A stretch of 64,000 nucleotides of DNA from Vulcanimicrobiales bacterium (GCA_038231455.1 JBBRLI010000001.1:352001-416000); one strand, 5' to 3'. Positions 17,479-27,675 are shown, counted from the first letter of the stretch. The notes: generated from the sequence alone by a model not told the origin. Made by a program: numbers and translations.

Positions 17479-19491
17479 GTGAAGCACGTACGGACGGCGC
17501 TGGTGTTTGCTTTGTGTACGACGACGGCGGCCGCCGCGACGACACCGGTTACAACTTTGCGCGGGTTTTCTGCGTACGCCAGCAACCGCGAGCGGGCGCT
17601 GGAGCGCTCGTTCCTCGATATCCCGAGCGCCTCGGGTGCAAACGAGGAGGCGCAGCGTATCAACAAAGAGCCGCACTACGCGGGGACGCCGGGCGACTAC
17701 GCGCTCGCGGTCTACATGCGCGATCAACTGCGGTCCTTCGGTTTCGAATCGTCGCTCGAATCGTTTACCGCACGCGTCGATACGCCGGTTAGCCTCGTGC
17801 TGCAAGTGCAGAACTCGAGTTTGCGGCAGCAAAAATTACTGATCAAATCACACGCCGGTCCGCCGACGACCGATTTCGATCTGCGCGAGCCGGCCGATGT
17901 CGCCGATCCCGACACCGCGCGCGATTCGCCCACCCTGCCGTTCAATGCGGGCAGCGGCGACGGCGACGTCGTGGCGCAAGCCGTCTACGTGAATCGCGGC
18001 GTTGACGAGGACTATCAAACGCTGCACCGCGCGGGTGTGAGCGTCGACGGCGCGATTGCGATCGTTCGTTACGGCGCGCAGTTCCGCGGGAATCTCGCAC
18101 TACGCGCGCAGCAACACGGTGCGGCCGGCGTGATCTTCTACTCCGATCCCAAGGACGACGGCGCAACACGCGGTGCGGTGTATCCGAGTGGACCGTGGCG
18201 CCCGATTAACGCCGTTCAACGCGGTTCGGTCGGTACCGGCATCACGATTCCGGTCTTGCCGATCAGCCCGGCAAACGCGCAGACGCTCATCAGTGCGCTC
18301 GGCGGAAAGCCCGGTCCCGAGGGCTGGGGCGGAACGCTTCCCCTCACGTATCCGCTCGGGCTGACGACGAACTACGTCCACTTAGTCGTGAAAATGCAGC
18401 GCAAGACCACGACGCTCTGGAACACCGTCGCGCGATTACGCGGCGGGCAGTTTCCAAGTGAGAGCGTGGTCCTCGGCGCGCATCGCGATGCTTGGGTCTA
18501 CGGCGTCACCGACAACGGCTCGGGCATTATTACGATGCTCGAAATCGCACGCGGCCTCGGTTATCTTGCGCAGAGCGGCTGGCGTCCGGCGCGCACGATC
18601 GTCATCGCGGGCTGGGACGGCGAAGAAATCGGCCTGCTCGGCTCGCGCGCCTACGTCGCCGCGCATCACGACGAACTCATGCGCGGATGTATCGCATACA
18701 TCAACGCCGATGAAAACGTTGCTGGTGGAGCCTTCAATGCAAGTGCAACCGCCGCGATCGGCGCGGACATCATCGATGCGTCGCGCTCGATCGACGATCC
18801 AAACGCTCAGGCGCGCACGATTTACGACCGCTGGCTCGAAGCCGAGCGCCGCGTCCATCGCGATGCACGTATCACGACACCCGGCATCGATCCGCCCGGC
18901 GGCGGAAGCGACCACGAGTCATTTCTTGGCGGTCTTGGCACGCCGGTTGCGAACGTCGGCTTCGGCGGCCCCGTCGGCGTCTACCATTCCGCCTACGACG
19001 ATTATCAGTTCGCATCGACGTTTGCCGATCCCGGATTCGCCCTGCATCGCACGGCCGCTCAAATCGACGGCGTGCTCGCCATGCGTCTTGCGAATGCCGC
19101 TGCTGCACCGTATACACTCGCACCGTATGTCGGCGCGATGCGTACCGCATACACCGAATTTCAAGCCCGCTCCGAGCGCGATGCGATGGGCGTCGACCTT
19201 GCGCCGCTCCGCACCGCGATCGACCGCTTCGCGTCGCTTGCAATCAATGCCGATGCGGCGATGGCGCGCATCTCGACAAGCGGCGCAGGCGTCCCGCCGG
19301 ATTTGACTACGCGCGAACTGCGCGCTATCCAAAACCTCAACGGCATCGTCTACGGCGTCAACGGTTACGATGCGACCGCGTTTCCAACCCTGAGTGCCGC
19401 TTTTGCAACGCGGCAAAAACCGCAGATCGCCGCCGCGGTTCTTCAAACCGTTAGCGCGCTCGCGCGCGCAACGAACACGCTCTCGTTCTAA
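17479..19491 (+). CDS. Secreted M28 peptidase (glutamate carboxypeptidase II-like, PA domain)
   Basis: Signal peptide; PHYAGT, YVNRG, RYG..FRG, GAHRDAW, DNGSG, WDGEE, GGSDH, YHSAYD. Confidence 0.9.
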   Translation: MKHVRTALVFALCTTTAAAATTPVTTLRGFSAYASNRERALERSFLDIPSASGANEEAQRINKEPHYAGTPGDYALAVYMRDQLRSFGFESSLESFTARVDTPVSLVLQVQNSSLRQQKLLIKSHAGPPTTDFDLREPADVADPDTARDSPTLPFNAGSGDGDVVAQAVYVNRGVDEDYQTLHRAGVSVDGAIAIVRYGAQFRGNLALRAQQHGAAGVIFYSDPKDDGATRGAVYPSGPWRPINAVQRGSVGTGITIPVLPISPANAQTLISALGGKPGPEGWGGTLPLTYPLGLTTNYVHLVVKMQRKTTTLWNTVARLRGGQFPSESVVLGAHRDAWVYGVTDNGSGIITMLEIARGLGYLAQSGWRPARTIVIAGWDGEEIGLLGSRAYVAAHHDELMRGCIAYINADENVAGGAFNASATAAIGADIIDASRSIDDPNAQARTIYDRWLEAERRVHRDARITTPGIDPPGGGSDHESFLGGLGTPVANVGFGGPVGVYHSAYDDYQFASTFADPGFALHRTAAQIDGVLAMRLANAAAAPYTLAPYVGAMRTAYTEFQARSERDAMGVDLAPLRTAIDRFASLAINADAAMARISTSGAGVPPDLTTRELRAIQNLNGIVYGVNGYDATAFPTLSAAFATRQKPQIAAAVLQTVSALARATNTLSF

Positions 19492-19505
19492 CATCTAGGA
19501 GGCCA

Positions 19506-19844
19506 ATGAAACGTTTCATCGCAGCACTCGCCATCGTCGCGCTAATGGGCGCACCCGCACTCGCGAAGAAATCCTCGATGTCGGGCATGATGCCCACTTG
19601 CAAGTCGAGCGACCCCGTGGTTTGGGTAAACACGAAAACCAAAGTCATGCACATGAAGGGCGACCCCCACTACGGCACAACGAAAGCCGGCATGTACGCC
19701 TGCGAATCGGATGCCATGGCCAGAGGCGCGCACATGAGCGGTCAGAAAATGTCGGGCGGCGCGATGGGCGACGACTCGATGATGGCCAAGAAACACCACA
19801 AGAAGAAGGACGCGATGTCCTCGCCGGCTCCCGCCGCAACCTAA
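19506..19844 (+). CDS. Small secreted Met-rich protein, paralog 1
   Basis: AGGAGG RBS, signal peptide, C..DPVVWVNT...YG.TKAG.Y.C core. Confidence 0.85.
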   Translation: MKRFIAALAIVALMGAPALAKKSSMSGMMPTCKSSDPVVWVNTKTKVMHMKGDPHYGTTKAGMYACESDAMARGAHMSGQKMSGGAMGDDSMMAKKHHKKKDAMSSPAPAAT

Positions 19845-19867
19845 TTTCTTCAAGAACCCGTTCAACC

Positions 19868-19903
19868 AAGAGAGCCGTCGCCAGTTAGCGACGGCTCTCT
19901 TTT
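19868..19903 (+). terminator. Rho-independent terminator
   Basis: AAGAGAGCCGTCGC-cagtta-GCGACGGCTCTCTT followed by T residues. Confidence 0.8.
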
Positions 19904-19941
19904 GGTATCGGTATAACCCAAACACCGTTAGGAGCACCGCT

Positions 19942-20475
19942 TTGCGTTCCGTTCTTATTGGCGGCCTCGCCGCACTTGCACTCGCGTGCACGCCTGCCCT
20001 CGCATCTCAAGCCGCCATGAGCGACATGAACTCGATGCGTATGCCCAAGTGTTCCACGATGAACCCCGTCGTCTGGGTGAACACCGATTCAAAAGTGTAT
20101 TACATGAAAGGCGAACGCTACTACGGCAAGACCAAAGCCGGCACGTACGTCTGCAAATCATCGGCGATGGCGATGCACGCACGCCATGCCAAAACCGGGA
20201 TGATGAAATCCGGCTCCATGATGAACTCCGGGTCGATGAATTCCGACATGATGAAGTCGGGTTCGATGAAGTCGGGTTCCACGAAGTCGGGTTCCATGAA
20301 TTCCGGATCCATGGGTTCCGCTTCGCCTGCACCCATGACCACGGGTGGTGGCATGATGATGCCGCCTCGCCCCTATCCGACGAACGCCAGCCCACCGAAT
20401 GCCGGGGGTTCGGCACCGCCGACGTTGCCGAATAATCCGGGATCAAAACCCGCACCGCAGCCCTCACCAACATAA
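19942..20475 (+). CDS. Small secreted Met-rich protein, paralog 2, with (M)KSGS repeats and Pro-rich tail
   Basis: AGGAG RBS before TTG; signal peptide; same VVWVNT...YGKTKAG.Y.C core. Confidence 0.82.
   Translation: MRSVLIGGLAALALACTPALASQAAMSDMNSMRMPKCSTMNPVVWVNTDSKVYYMKGERYYGKTKAGTYVCKSSAMAMHARHAKTGMMKSGSMMNSGSMNSDMMKSGSMKSGSTKSGSMNSGSMGSASPAPMTTGGGMMMPPRPYPTNASPPNAGGSAPPTLPNNPGSKPAPQPSPT
20200..20319 (+). repeat. Degenerate 15-bp coding tandem repeat (ATGAAGTCGGGTTCG-like)
   Basis: Encodes MMKSGSMMNSGSMNSDMMKSGSMKSGSTKSGSMNSGSMGS. Confidence 0.85.
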
Positions 20476-20479
20476 TCGC

Positions 20480-20512
20480 AAACGGACCGCCTCACACGAG
20501 ACGGTCCGTTTT
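20480..20512 (+). terminator. Rho-independent terminator
   Basis: AAACGGACCG(C)CTC-acac-GAG(A)CGGTCCGTTTT immediately after the stop. Confidence 0.7.
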
Positions 20513-20559
20513 CCTTGTGGGAAGGGCACGTTCCATCGGCGTACGTCGTCGATTAGCGT

Positions 20560-21405
20560 ATGCGTATTACGATTCTCGGAGCCTCCGGCTTCATCGGCCA
20601 CCATCTCAAAGCTGCACTCGAACGCCGTGGAGACACCGTTACCTCGGCGTCGCTGCGCAACGTCGACGCGGCGGTGCAAGCGTGCTCGAACGCCGACGTT
20701 GTCGTCAATCTCGCAGGTGCGTCGGTTGCCGGGAAGCGCTGGACACCGGAATACAAAGAAGAAATCCGCCGGTCGCGCACGGAGTTGCCGCGCCAGCTGA
20801 TCGACGGACTTTCAAAATCACCGAAGAAGCCGCAAGCCTACGTCTCGGCTTCCGCCGTCGGTTATTACGGTACGAGCGAAACCGCGACGTTTACCGAGAA
20901 GAGCGCACCCGGTAACGATTTTTTGGCCACGACGTGCATCGCATGGGAAACCGAAGCGCAGCGCGCGCGTGAATTTGGAATGCGCGTCGCCCTCGTTCGC
21001 ACGGGAATCGTGCTCGGGCTTGAGGGCGGGGCTCTCGCACAACTGCTGCCGATCTTCAAACTCGGCGGCGGCGGCAATGTCGCAAGCGGCGAGCAGTGGT
21101 ACTCATGGATTCACATCGACGATCAGGTCGGCGTCTATCTCGATGCGATCGATCGTTACGACGGCGTCCTCAACGCGACTGCACCGACCCCGGTGCGCAA
21201 CAAAGACTTCACGCGCGCGCTCGCTACAGCGCTCCATCGTCCGGCGTTCTTGCCGGTGCCGGCGTTTGCGCTGCAGTTGCTTTTCGGCGAAGGCGCGGAT
21301 GTGGTCACCAAAGGTCAACGCGTGCTACCGGAGGCGACGCTCGCAAGCGGCTACGTCTTCAAATACCCGGAGATCGACGGCGCTTTGCGCGCCATCGTCG
21401 GCTAA
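20560..21405 (+). CDS. TIGR01777/YfcH family NAD-dependent epimerase-like oxidoreductase
   Basis: LGASGFIG, VVNLAG, RWT..YK, SASAVGYYG, WIHIDD, GQRVLP. Confidence 0.92.
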   Translation: MRITILGASGFIGHHLKAALERRGDTVTSASLRNVDAAVQACSNADVVVNLAGASVAGKRWTPEYKEEIRRSRTELPRQLIDGLSKSPKKPQAYVSASAVGYYGTSETATFTEKSAPGNDFLATTCIAWETEAQRAREFGMRVALVRTGIVLGLEGGALAQLLPIFKLGGGGNVASGEQWYSWIHIDDQVGVYLDAIDRYDGVLNATAPTPVRNKDFTRALATALHRPAFLPVPAFALQLLFGEGADVVTKGQRVLPEATLASGYVFKYPEIDGALRAIVG

Positions 21406-21944
21406 TTACGGTACGCGCGCGGCCGACGTTAAACGGCGAGCGGATGACGCTCGTCCCGCTGCGCGCACACGACGCACCGCTCGTCTTCGAGGATTTGCGC
21501 GATCCGGCGCTCTACCGCTATATCGTGCAGCCACCGCCCGCAACACTCGCGGATACGACCAGCTTGTTCACGCGCTGGGCGGACGGTAGTACCGACCCCG
21601 ATGCGATCTGGCTCAACTGGATCGGCCACGACCCGCGCGTGACCGGCCCCGTCGGACTCTATCAAGCAACGATATTCCCGGCGCAACATCTTGCACTGAT
21701 CGGATACATCATCTTTCGCCGTTTCCAAGGCCGCGGTTACGCACGCGAGGGCGTCCGCGCGATGATCCAGCATATGGCAGACCGCGATGACATCGGAACG
21801 GTGCGCGCAGAGATCAGCGAAGCCAACACCGCATCGATCGCGGTCGTCACGGCCTTGCACTTCAAATTGCGCGACCGGAACGAAGGCGAAGGCCGCGACG
21901 GCGAACGCGTTTGCGATGACCTCGTGTACGAATTACGGGTGTAA
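21405..21944 (+). CDS. RimJ/RimL-type GNAT N-acetyltransferase (start ATT 21405 or ATG 21444)
   Basis: IGY..FRRFQGRGYARE and NTASIAV motifs; PTLNGERMTLVP resembles a RimJ-type N-terminus. Confidence 0.8.
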   Translation: MTVRARPTLNGERMTLVPLRAHDAPLVFEDLRDPALYRYIVQPPPATLADTTSLFTRWADGSTDPDAIWLNWIGHDPRVTGPVGLYQATIFPAQHLALIGYIIFRRFQGRGYAREGVRAMIQHMADRDDIGTVRAEISEANTASIAVVTALHFKLRDRNEGEGRDGERVCDDLVYELRV

Positions 21945-21958
21945 GATACCGGCGGAGG

Positions 21959-23329
21959 CTATTCGCTATCGGGCGCTGTGTAAGGCGCCGGATTGCGTAA
22001 GAAATCGCGAGCGCTGCGGTTGGATGAAATCGTCCGGAACGTCGTCGGCGCCTGATTCAAATTGAAGCAGTCCATGAGGTCATCCGAACGTGCGTCCGTG
22101 GTGCCCAGCGTCCCGAGACCAAACGTTGATTCGGTGAAGTGGAGGATGCTGCCGAATTCGTGCAGCTGGTGCGAGATGTAGCCGGGCTTCGCGTACGGCG
22201 AAACGACGAGCAGCGGGACGCGGAAGCCGAGTTCGTAGGCGTTGTAGATGTGTGGCGGTGCGACGTGATCGTACCATCCGCCCCAGTCGTCCCACGTGAT
22301 GAAGATGGCGGTATCTTTCCAGTACGCACTCGCACCGATACCATTCACGATCGAAGCCACCCACGCCGGGCCCGTTCCCTGATTGCCGTTGGCATGATCG
22401 GAGTTCGCGCCGCTCGGAATTACCCACGAGACTTGCGGCAGTTGGTTGTTCGCAATATCGGAGAGCACGCCCGTTTCTGGAATGATGACTTTGCTCCAAC
22501 TTGCCCCGTTGCGAATGTGTGCGATCGAGTTTGGACCCGTCCAGATTGACCCTTCACTTGGCGCGTAATATTTCCAGCTGATGCCTTTGGCATCGAGCAA
22601 ATCCATAAGTGTCGGGCGCTCGAAGCACGGATAGGTTTTCTGCGTTTCGATTCCACTGAGGATATCGATTTCGGGAACGGTCGCGCCCGCGGGAGCCGCA
22701 CATCCGGCGAAACCCTTGAAGCCAAGTCCCGGGTCGGCAACGTTTTCCGATGCGTATAAATTGCTGCCCGGCGCGACGCTCGATGTTCCGGAAATGATGT
22801 ACTGGTGCGCCGGATAACTCGGGCCTTCATTCGTTTGGAACATGCGGTCGCCACTCGCATACTGTTGCGCCATGGTCCAATACGGTTGCACTTGCGCTTG
22901 CGGCACGTAGCGGAAGCCCGGGTTGGCTCCGCAGCCGCCGGAGGCGCATGCCAAATGGACGAGATCGTTGCCGTCCATCTTCCCGCCGTCGTACTGCACG
23001 ACATAGTCGTTGTGACCGTGGCCGAGATCGTAGTTGTTTTTGAGGTCGACGGGAGTCAGCGGAATCGTTTGTCCAACCGAATTGGTACCCGACGAGACGG
23101 TGTCCATGCCGGGATACCCTTGGAAGATATTATCAGGTGTCCGATTCTCTTGAAAGATAATGACGATATGTTTGATCGTCGATTGCGACGGCGGTGCCGT
23201 CGGCGTCGGCCCGGGCCCGGGAAGCGTGGCACTGGGGCCTGGCACGGGAGCAACACCACCGCCGCCCCCACCTCCGCATGCGGTAAGCGCGAATGTCGTA
23301 AGAAGAGCGGTTAAAGCATTACGTCGCAT
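21959..23329 (-). CDS. Phospholipase C/phosphoesterase family lipoprotein
   Basis: Lipobox [53 protein letters not shown]. Confidence 0.9.
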   Translation of the reverse strand: MRRNALTALLTTFALTACGGGGGGGVAPVPGPSATLPGPGPTPTAPPSQSTIKHIVIIFQENRTPDNIFQGYPGMDTVSSGTNSVGQTIPLTPVDLKNNYDLGHGHNDYVVQYDGGKMDGNDLVHLACASGGCGANPGFRYVPQAQVQPYWTMAQQYASGDRMFQTNEGPSYPAHQYIISGTSSVAPGSNLYASENVADPGLGFKGFAGCAAPAGATVPEIDILSGIETQKTYPCFERPTLMDLLDAKGISWKYYAPSEGSIWTGPNSIAHIRNGASWSKVIIPETGVLSDIANNQLPQVSWVIPSGANSDHANGNQGTGPAWVASIVNGIGASAYWKDTAIFITWDDWGGWYDHVAPPHIYNAYELGFRVPLLVVSPYAKPGYISHQLHEFGSILHFTESTFGLGTLGTTDARSDDLMDCFNLNQAPTTFRTISSNRSARDFLRNPAPYTAPDSE

Positions 23330-23389
23330 GATGGCCAATTAACGCAGGTTCGTCACCGTGCGTGATTGGTGAGGCATTAAACCGACCGA

Positions 23390-24340
23390 CTACGCCGGAA
23401 CCGCCGTCGTTTCGTGTGCGGCCTCGAGCGTTTCGAGATACTTTTCCGCTTCGAGCGACGCTTTGCAACCCATACCGGCAGCCGTGATGGCTTGCTTGTA
23501 ACGGATGTCTTGCACGTCTCCACCGACGAAGACGCCGGGGATATTCGTCGTTACACCATCGGCTGATTTAATGTAACCCGCATCGTCGAGGTCGAGCTGG
23601 CCTTGGAAGATGCCGGTATTTGGATCGTGGCCGATTGCGATGAACATCGCGTCGGCATCGAGTTCCGAGCGTTCGCTAGTCACAAGGTTACGCAGGATGA
23701 GCGCGTGTGTTTTTTCTTCGCCAAGCACTTCTTCGACGGCGGTATTCCAGATAAACGAAATTTTTGGATGCGCGAGCGCCCGGTCGGCCATGATTTTACT
23801 TGCGCGCAGGCTCTCGCGACGATGGATGACCGTTACCTTCGATCCGAAGCGCGTGAGAAAGAGCGCTTCTTCCATCGCCGAATCGCCGCCGCCGACCACG
23901 ACGATGTGGCGTTCGCGGAAGAATGCACCATCGCACGTGGCGCACGTCGAAACACCGCGTCCGCGCAAGCGCGCTTCGCCCGGAATATCGAGCCAGCGTG
24001 CACTCGCGCCCGTCGCGACGATCACCGAATCGGCGGTGTACTCGACGTCGCCGGCCCACACGCGCAGCGGGCGCTGCGTCAGGTCGACTCTGGTGACGTC
24101 TTCGTTGTGGATTTGCGATCCGAAGCGCTCGGCTTGCTTGCGGAAGTTTTCCATGAGGTCAGGCCCCATGATGCCCTCGGGGAAGCCCGGGAAATTTTCT
24201 ACCTCGGTCGTGAGCATCAACTGGCCGCCGTACATGTATCCCGCAAAGACGATGGGCGCGAGGCTCGCGCGGGCCGCGTAAATCGCGGCGGTGAGACCGG
24301 CGGGGCCGGAGCCGATGATGATGACCTTGGAATGTTGCAT
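23390..24340 (-). CDS. trxB: Thioredoxin-disulfide reductase
   Basis: IGSGPAG, GGQL, ENFPGF, CATCDG, GGGDSA.EE, QAITAAG. Confidence 0.96.
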   Translation of the reverse strand: MQHSKVIIIGSGPAGLTAAIYAARASLAPIVFAGYMYGGQLMLTTEVENFPGFPEGIMGPDLMENFRKQAERFGSQIHNEDVTRVDLTQRPLRVWAGDVEYTADSVIVATGASARWLDIPGEARLRGRGVSTCATCDGAFFRERHIVVVGGGDSAMEEALFLTRFGSKVTVIHRRESLRASKIMADRALAHPKISFIWNTAVEEVLGEEKTHALILRNLVTSERSELDADAMFIAIGHDPNTGIFQGQLDLDDAGYIKSADGVTTNIPGVFVGGDVQDIRYKQAITAAGMGCKASLEAEKYLETLEAAHETTAVPA

Positions 24341-24418
24341 GTCGACTTCTTAAACCCGGGGACTGCCCGTTCCGGTTCCGGCAAAGGGTCGTTTCTGGAG
24401 CCGGTCAATGACTAGCCT

Positions 24419-25237
24419 ATGCTCGAAGACGAATTCGGAGACGTGCTACGTAAGGCGCAGCGCGGCCGCGGCCTGGATGCGGCCGCCCTCGAGAGGATCA
24501 CCGGGATCGACGCCGCGCACATTCGTGCCTGGTCGGGTGGTGAAGGGCACGCAAGCGACGATGAGGCGCGAGCCTTGGCAAAGCCGCTCGGCCTCGATCC
24601 GGGGAAATTCGCCGACGCCGCACTGACGCGCTGGCATCCGCACGTCGATTTTCCGCACGATGTTCGCCACCATCCGCAAGACCCGCACCCCTCCAACGGC
24701 TATCTCTTTTTCCTCGGGGACGGCCGTACGGCGGCGCTCGTCGATCCCGCGGGGTATCCCGCGAATCTTCTCGGCGCGATCGCGCGCGGGCCTTACACGT
24801 TGCGCTACATTCTCATCACGCACCAGCATGCCGATCACTGCGATGCGACCGCCGACGTCGCGCGTGCGTTTCCGGACGCGCAGATCGTCATGCACAAGGC
24901 CGACGTGCATGCAATCGGGGCGCTCGCATCCCGCGCGCTACCGGTCCTCGACGGCGACGAACTCCCCTTTGGTGATGAGGCGGCGATTCGGATGATCCAT
25001 ACGCCGGGGCACACCGACGGTTCATCCTCGTATCTCTTTCGCTCCACGGTCTTCACGGGCGATACGCTCTTTGCCGGCAGCGTTGGCGGCATCTTCGCGA
25101 AGACAGCGACGTATGCGGATCTGCTCGAGAGTGTGAAGTTCAAACTCTTCACCTTGCCCGAGGAGACGGTCGTCATGCCGGGTCACGGGCCGCCCTCGAC
25201 CCTCGCCGAGGAGCGCGCCCACAACCCGTTCTTCTAG
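24419..25237 (+). CDS. MBL-fold metallo-hydrolase (glyoxalase II-like) with N-terminal HTH-like segment
   Basis: THQHADH, TPGHT, FTGDTLF, PGHG, E..HNPF; XRE-like N-terminal ~70 aa. Confidence 0.88.
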   Translation: MLEDEFGDVLRKAQRGRGLDAAALERITGIDAAHIRAWSGGEGHASDDEARALAKPLGLDPGKFADAALTRWHPHVDFPHDVRHHPQDPHPSNGYLFFLGDGRTAALVDPAGYPANLLGAIARGPYTLRYILITHQHADHCDATADVARAFPDAQIVMHKADVHAIGALASRALPVLDGDELPFGDEAAIRMIHTPGHTDGSSSYLFRSTVFTGDTLFAGSVGGIFAKTATYADLLESVKFKLFTLPEETVVMPGHGPPSTLAEERAHNPFF

Positions 25238-25241
25238 TCGA

Positions 25242-26858
25242 TTAACGCAGAGCGACGATCATCGCGGTGCGAGCGCGCGTCGAACCGGAACTCGCGTCGA
25301 TCGTCACCGTCGGGTTGACCGCCGGACGCGGGCCATCGGGGACAACTTGGAACTCGATCACTTTCACTCCGCTTGCCGGAACGTTGAAAACAACGCGGTT
25401 CGGGGCGCACACCCGATCGGTGCAGAACGAGGCGACCCAATTCTTCGGCAGACCGCTCGCGCGCAACGTCATCGTTTTGCCGACCGGGCCGGTGGCAACG
25501 AGACGGTATTTGAGGGTGCTTGGAATGCTACCCGGCAGATCGGCGCCCGTCCACGGTGCAAGCGAAACGCTCGCGGCGGTGGACCGCTCGCCAAGATCCA
25601 GTGCCACCGTTGCTTCTTGCGCTTCTTCCGTGTAGAGAGCGCGCGCCGCAGGACTAGCGAGATGCTGGGCGCGATCGGCGGTCTGAGCGAATTCCGTGCG
25701 CGCTTTGGCGACGTCGTGATTACTCGCGGCGACACGACCGTAATACAGGTGCACCCACGTGACGAGCCGGTCGCGCGAGGGCGTGAGAGGCGCGCCCTCG
25801 GTGATGGCAATCGCGCGATCGAACGCGGCGTACGCTTTGCCGAAGTCGCCGGCTTTCCCGTAGGCACGACCGAGCGCGACCTCGGCTTCGGCGTCAGGCG
25901 TTTGCGCGGCAATGATCGTGTCGAGCGCGACGACGCGATCGTAGTGACCGAGCTGACCGTACGCGTAGGACGCGCCACCGAGTGACGCGCGATCGGTCGG
26001 GGCGATCGCAAGCGCGCGTTCATACGCCGCAGCAGCCGCGGACCAATCGCCGCCTTCGGCCGAAGCGTCGCCCTGGAGGCGCGCGAGCAACGTCATGTCC
26101 GCCGGGGTTTTGGCAATTGGCAGAAGCGTCGTCACGGTGCGATTGCGCAGCGCGGCTTCTGCCGCGCGCGTTTTCGGCAAATCGGTATCTTTGGCCGGAT
26201 CGACTTCGTCCTCGTCGAGCAACACTTCGGCGTCGTCGATCGCTTTTGCCGCGCGATACACCGTCGCTGCGGCAAGGCCGCCATCGCCATCGAACCGATA
26301 CTGCGTCGGTTCGAGGAGCGCGTCGATCTTGCGCTGTTGCTCGGAGATGACCGAGGCGCTCTTGCCCACCATCGCCGCCGCGATATAGGCGTGCAATTGT
26401 GGCGTCGGAAGGACGTTGTTCGCATGCCGCGCGCGGATGATCCCTTGCGGATCGATCACGAGCGTTGTCGGGTAATTGCGGATGTCGTACGCCTTCGAAA
26501 AGCTCAGATCCGTATCGACCGCTTCGGGATACGGAATGCCTTTCGCGGCGACGAACGCGCGCACCAGCGGCGCCTTCTCCGTCGTGTCGATACCGAGAAA
26601 GACGACGTTCTTGCCACGCATGGCAAGCGACTCGCGATTGAGGTCGGGCTGTTCGACGCGACACGGCGGACACCACGAACCCCAGACGTTAAGCACGAGC
26701 GTCTTGCCGCGATACTGCGCGAGCGAGACGGCTTTGCCGTCGATCGTTTTGAGCGCGAAATCCGGGGCCGGATTGCCGACTTCGGCGGGAGCAGCAAGCG
26801 CCGGCAGGCTCGTGACGATCGCGGCAGCTGTGAGGCCGAGCAGAAAACGTGGAATCAT
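25242..26858 (-). CDS. Secreted TlpA-like redoxin fused to TPR repeats and a C-terminal beta domain
   Basis: Signal peptide, APDF.L, WGSWCPPC, YPTT; TPR-like Y..AL...P repeats. Confidence 0.82.
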   Translation of the reverse strand: MIPRFLLGLTAAAIVTSLPALAAPAEVGNPAPDFALKTIDGKAVSLAQYRGKTLVLNVWGSWCPPCRVEQPDLNRESLAMRGKNVVFLGIDTTEKAPLVRAFVAAKGIPYPEAVDTDLSFSKAYDIRNYPTTLVIDPQGIIRARHANNVLPTPQLHAYIAAAMVGKSASVISEQQRKIDALLEPTQYRFDGDGGLAAATVYRAAKAIDDAEVLLDEDEVDPAKDTDLPKTRAAEAALRNRTVTTLLPIAKTPADMTLLARLQGDASAEGGDWSAAAAAYERALAIAPTDRASLGGASYAYGQLGHYDRVVALDTIIAAQTPDAEAEVALGRAYGKAGDFGKAYAAFDRAIAITEGAPLTPSRDRLVTWVHLYYGRVAASNHDVAKARTEFAQTADRAQHLASPAARALYTEEAQEATVALDLGERSTAASVSLAPWTGADLPGSIPSTLKYRLVATGPVGKTMTLRASGLPKNWVASFCTDRVCAPNRVVFNVPASGVKVIEFQVVPDGPRPAVNPTVTIDASSGSTRARTAMIVALR

Positions 26859-26898
26859 AGCTCTCTCTCCAAGGCGCGACCGATTCGCTCGGTTGCGA

Positions 26899-27675
26899 TT
26901 AGGTGCGTAGTTTGACGCCCCGTGCCGTCATGATAAGCGCGATTGTCACGCTGATGACCGTAAGGCCGCTTACCACCGAGAGCGACGTCGCAAGTGGCAC
27001 GTCGCCGTGCCCCGTGAAACTGTACCGGAATGCATCGATCATATGGAACATCGGATTGAAGAGCGAGATTGCACGCACGAGCGGCGGCAGAAACTGCACC
27101 GAGGTGAACACACCGCCGACGAAGACCAGCGGCGTGATGAGAAACGTCGTGAGCACCGCGATGTGGTCGAACTTTTCCGCCAAGAGTCCGAAGATGATGC
27201 CGAGCGCCGAGAACAGCACGGCGACGAGGGTAATCGTGAGCAGATACAGACCCCAATCGAGCGGGATCGTGTGCACGAGCAGCGCGCCAAGGACGGTGAT
27301 GAGCGCGGCGATGAAGAGCGCGCGCAAAACGCCGGCGATGATGTAACCGAGTACCATCTCCACAGCCGACAGCGGCGCGATGAGCAATTCTTGAATGTGA
27401 TTCATGAACCGACCCTGGAAGATCGAACTCGAACTCTCGCTGTACGTCCCATCGATGACCTGCAGCATGATGAGCCCGGGAATCAAGAAGGTCGCGTATG
27501 AGACGCCTTGCACGTTTTGAATCCGACTGCCGAGCGCAAGGCCGAACACGAAGACATACAGGAGCGTCGTGATGACCGGCGGCCAAATCACCTGATTGAT
27601 GATCGCAAACGTGCGCACGAGTTCGCGCTTGATCAACGTCTGAAGGCCGATTGGATTTCCGAAGAGCGCGTTCAT
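26899..27675 (-). CDS. ABC-2 type permease (YadH-like)
   Basis: PP.ITT.LY, YATFLIPGL, ELLIAPLS, TPL.F.GGVF, NP.FHMID.FRY. Confidence 0.9.
   Translation of the reverse strand: MNALFGNPIGLQTLIKRELVRTFAIINQVIWPPVITTLLYVFVFGLALGSRIQNVQGVSYATFLIPGLIMLQVIDGTYSESSSSIFQGRFMNHIQELLIAPLSAVEMVLGYIIAGVLRALFIAALITVLGALLVHTIPLDWGLYLLTITLVAVLFSALGIIFGLLAEKFDHIAVLTTFLITPLVFVGGVFTSVQFLPPLVRAISLFNPMFHMIDAFRYSFTGHGDVPLATSLSVVSGLTVISVTIALIMTARGVKLRT

Noticed and set aside
20200-20319. CRISPR-like repeat array
   Set aside because: 15-bp degenerate in-frame coding repeats with no spacers and no cas genes
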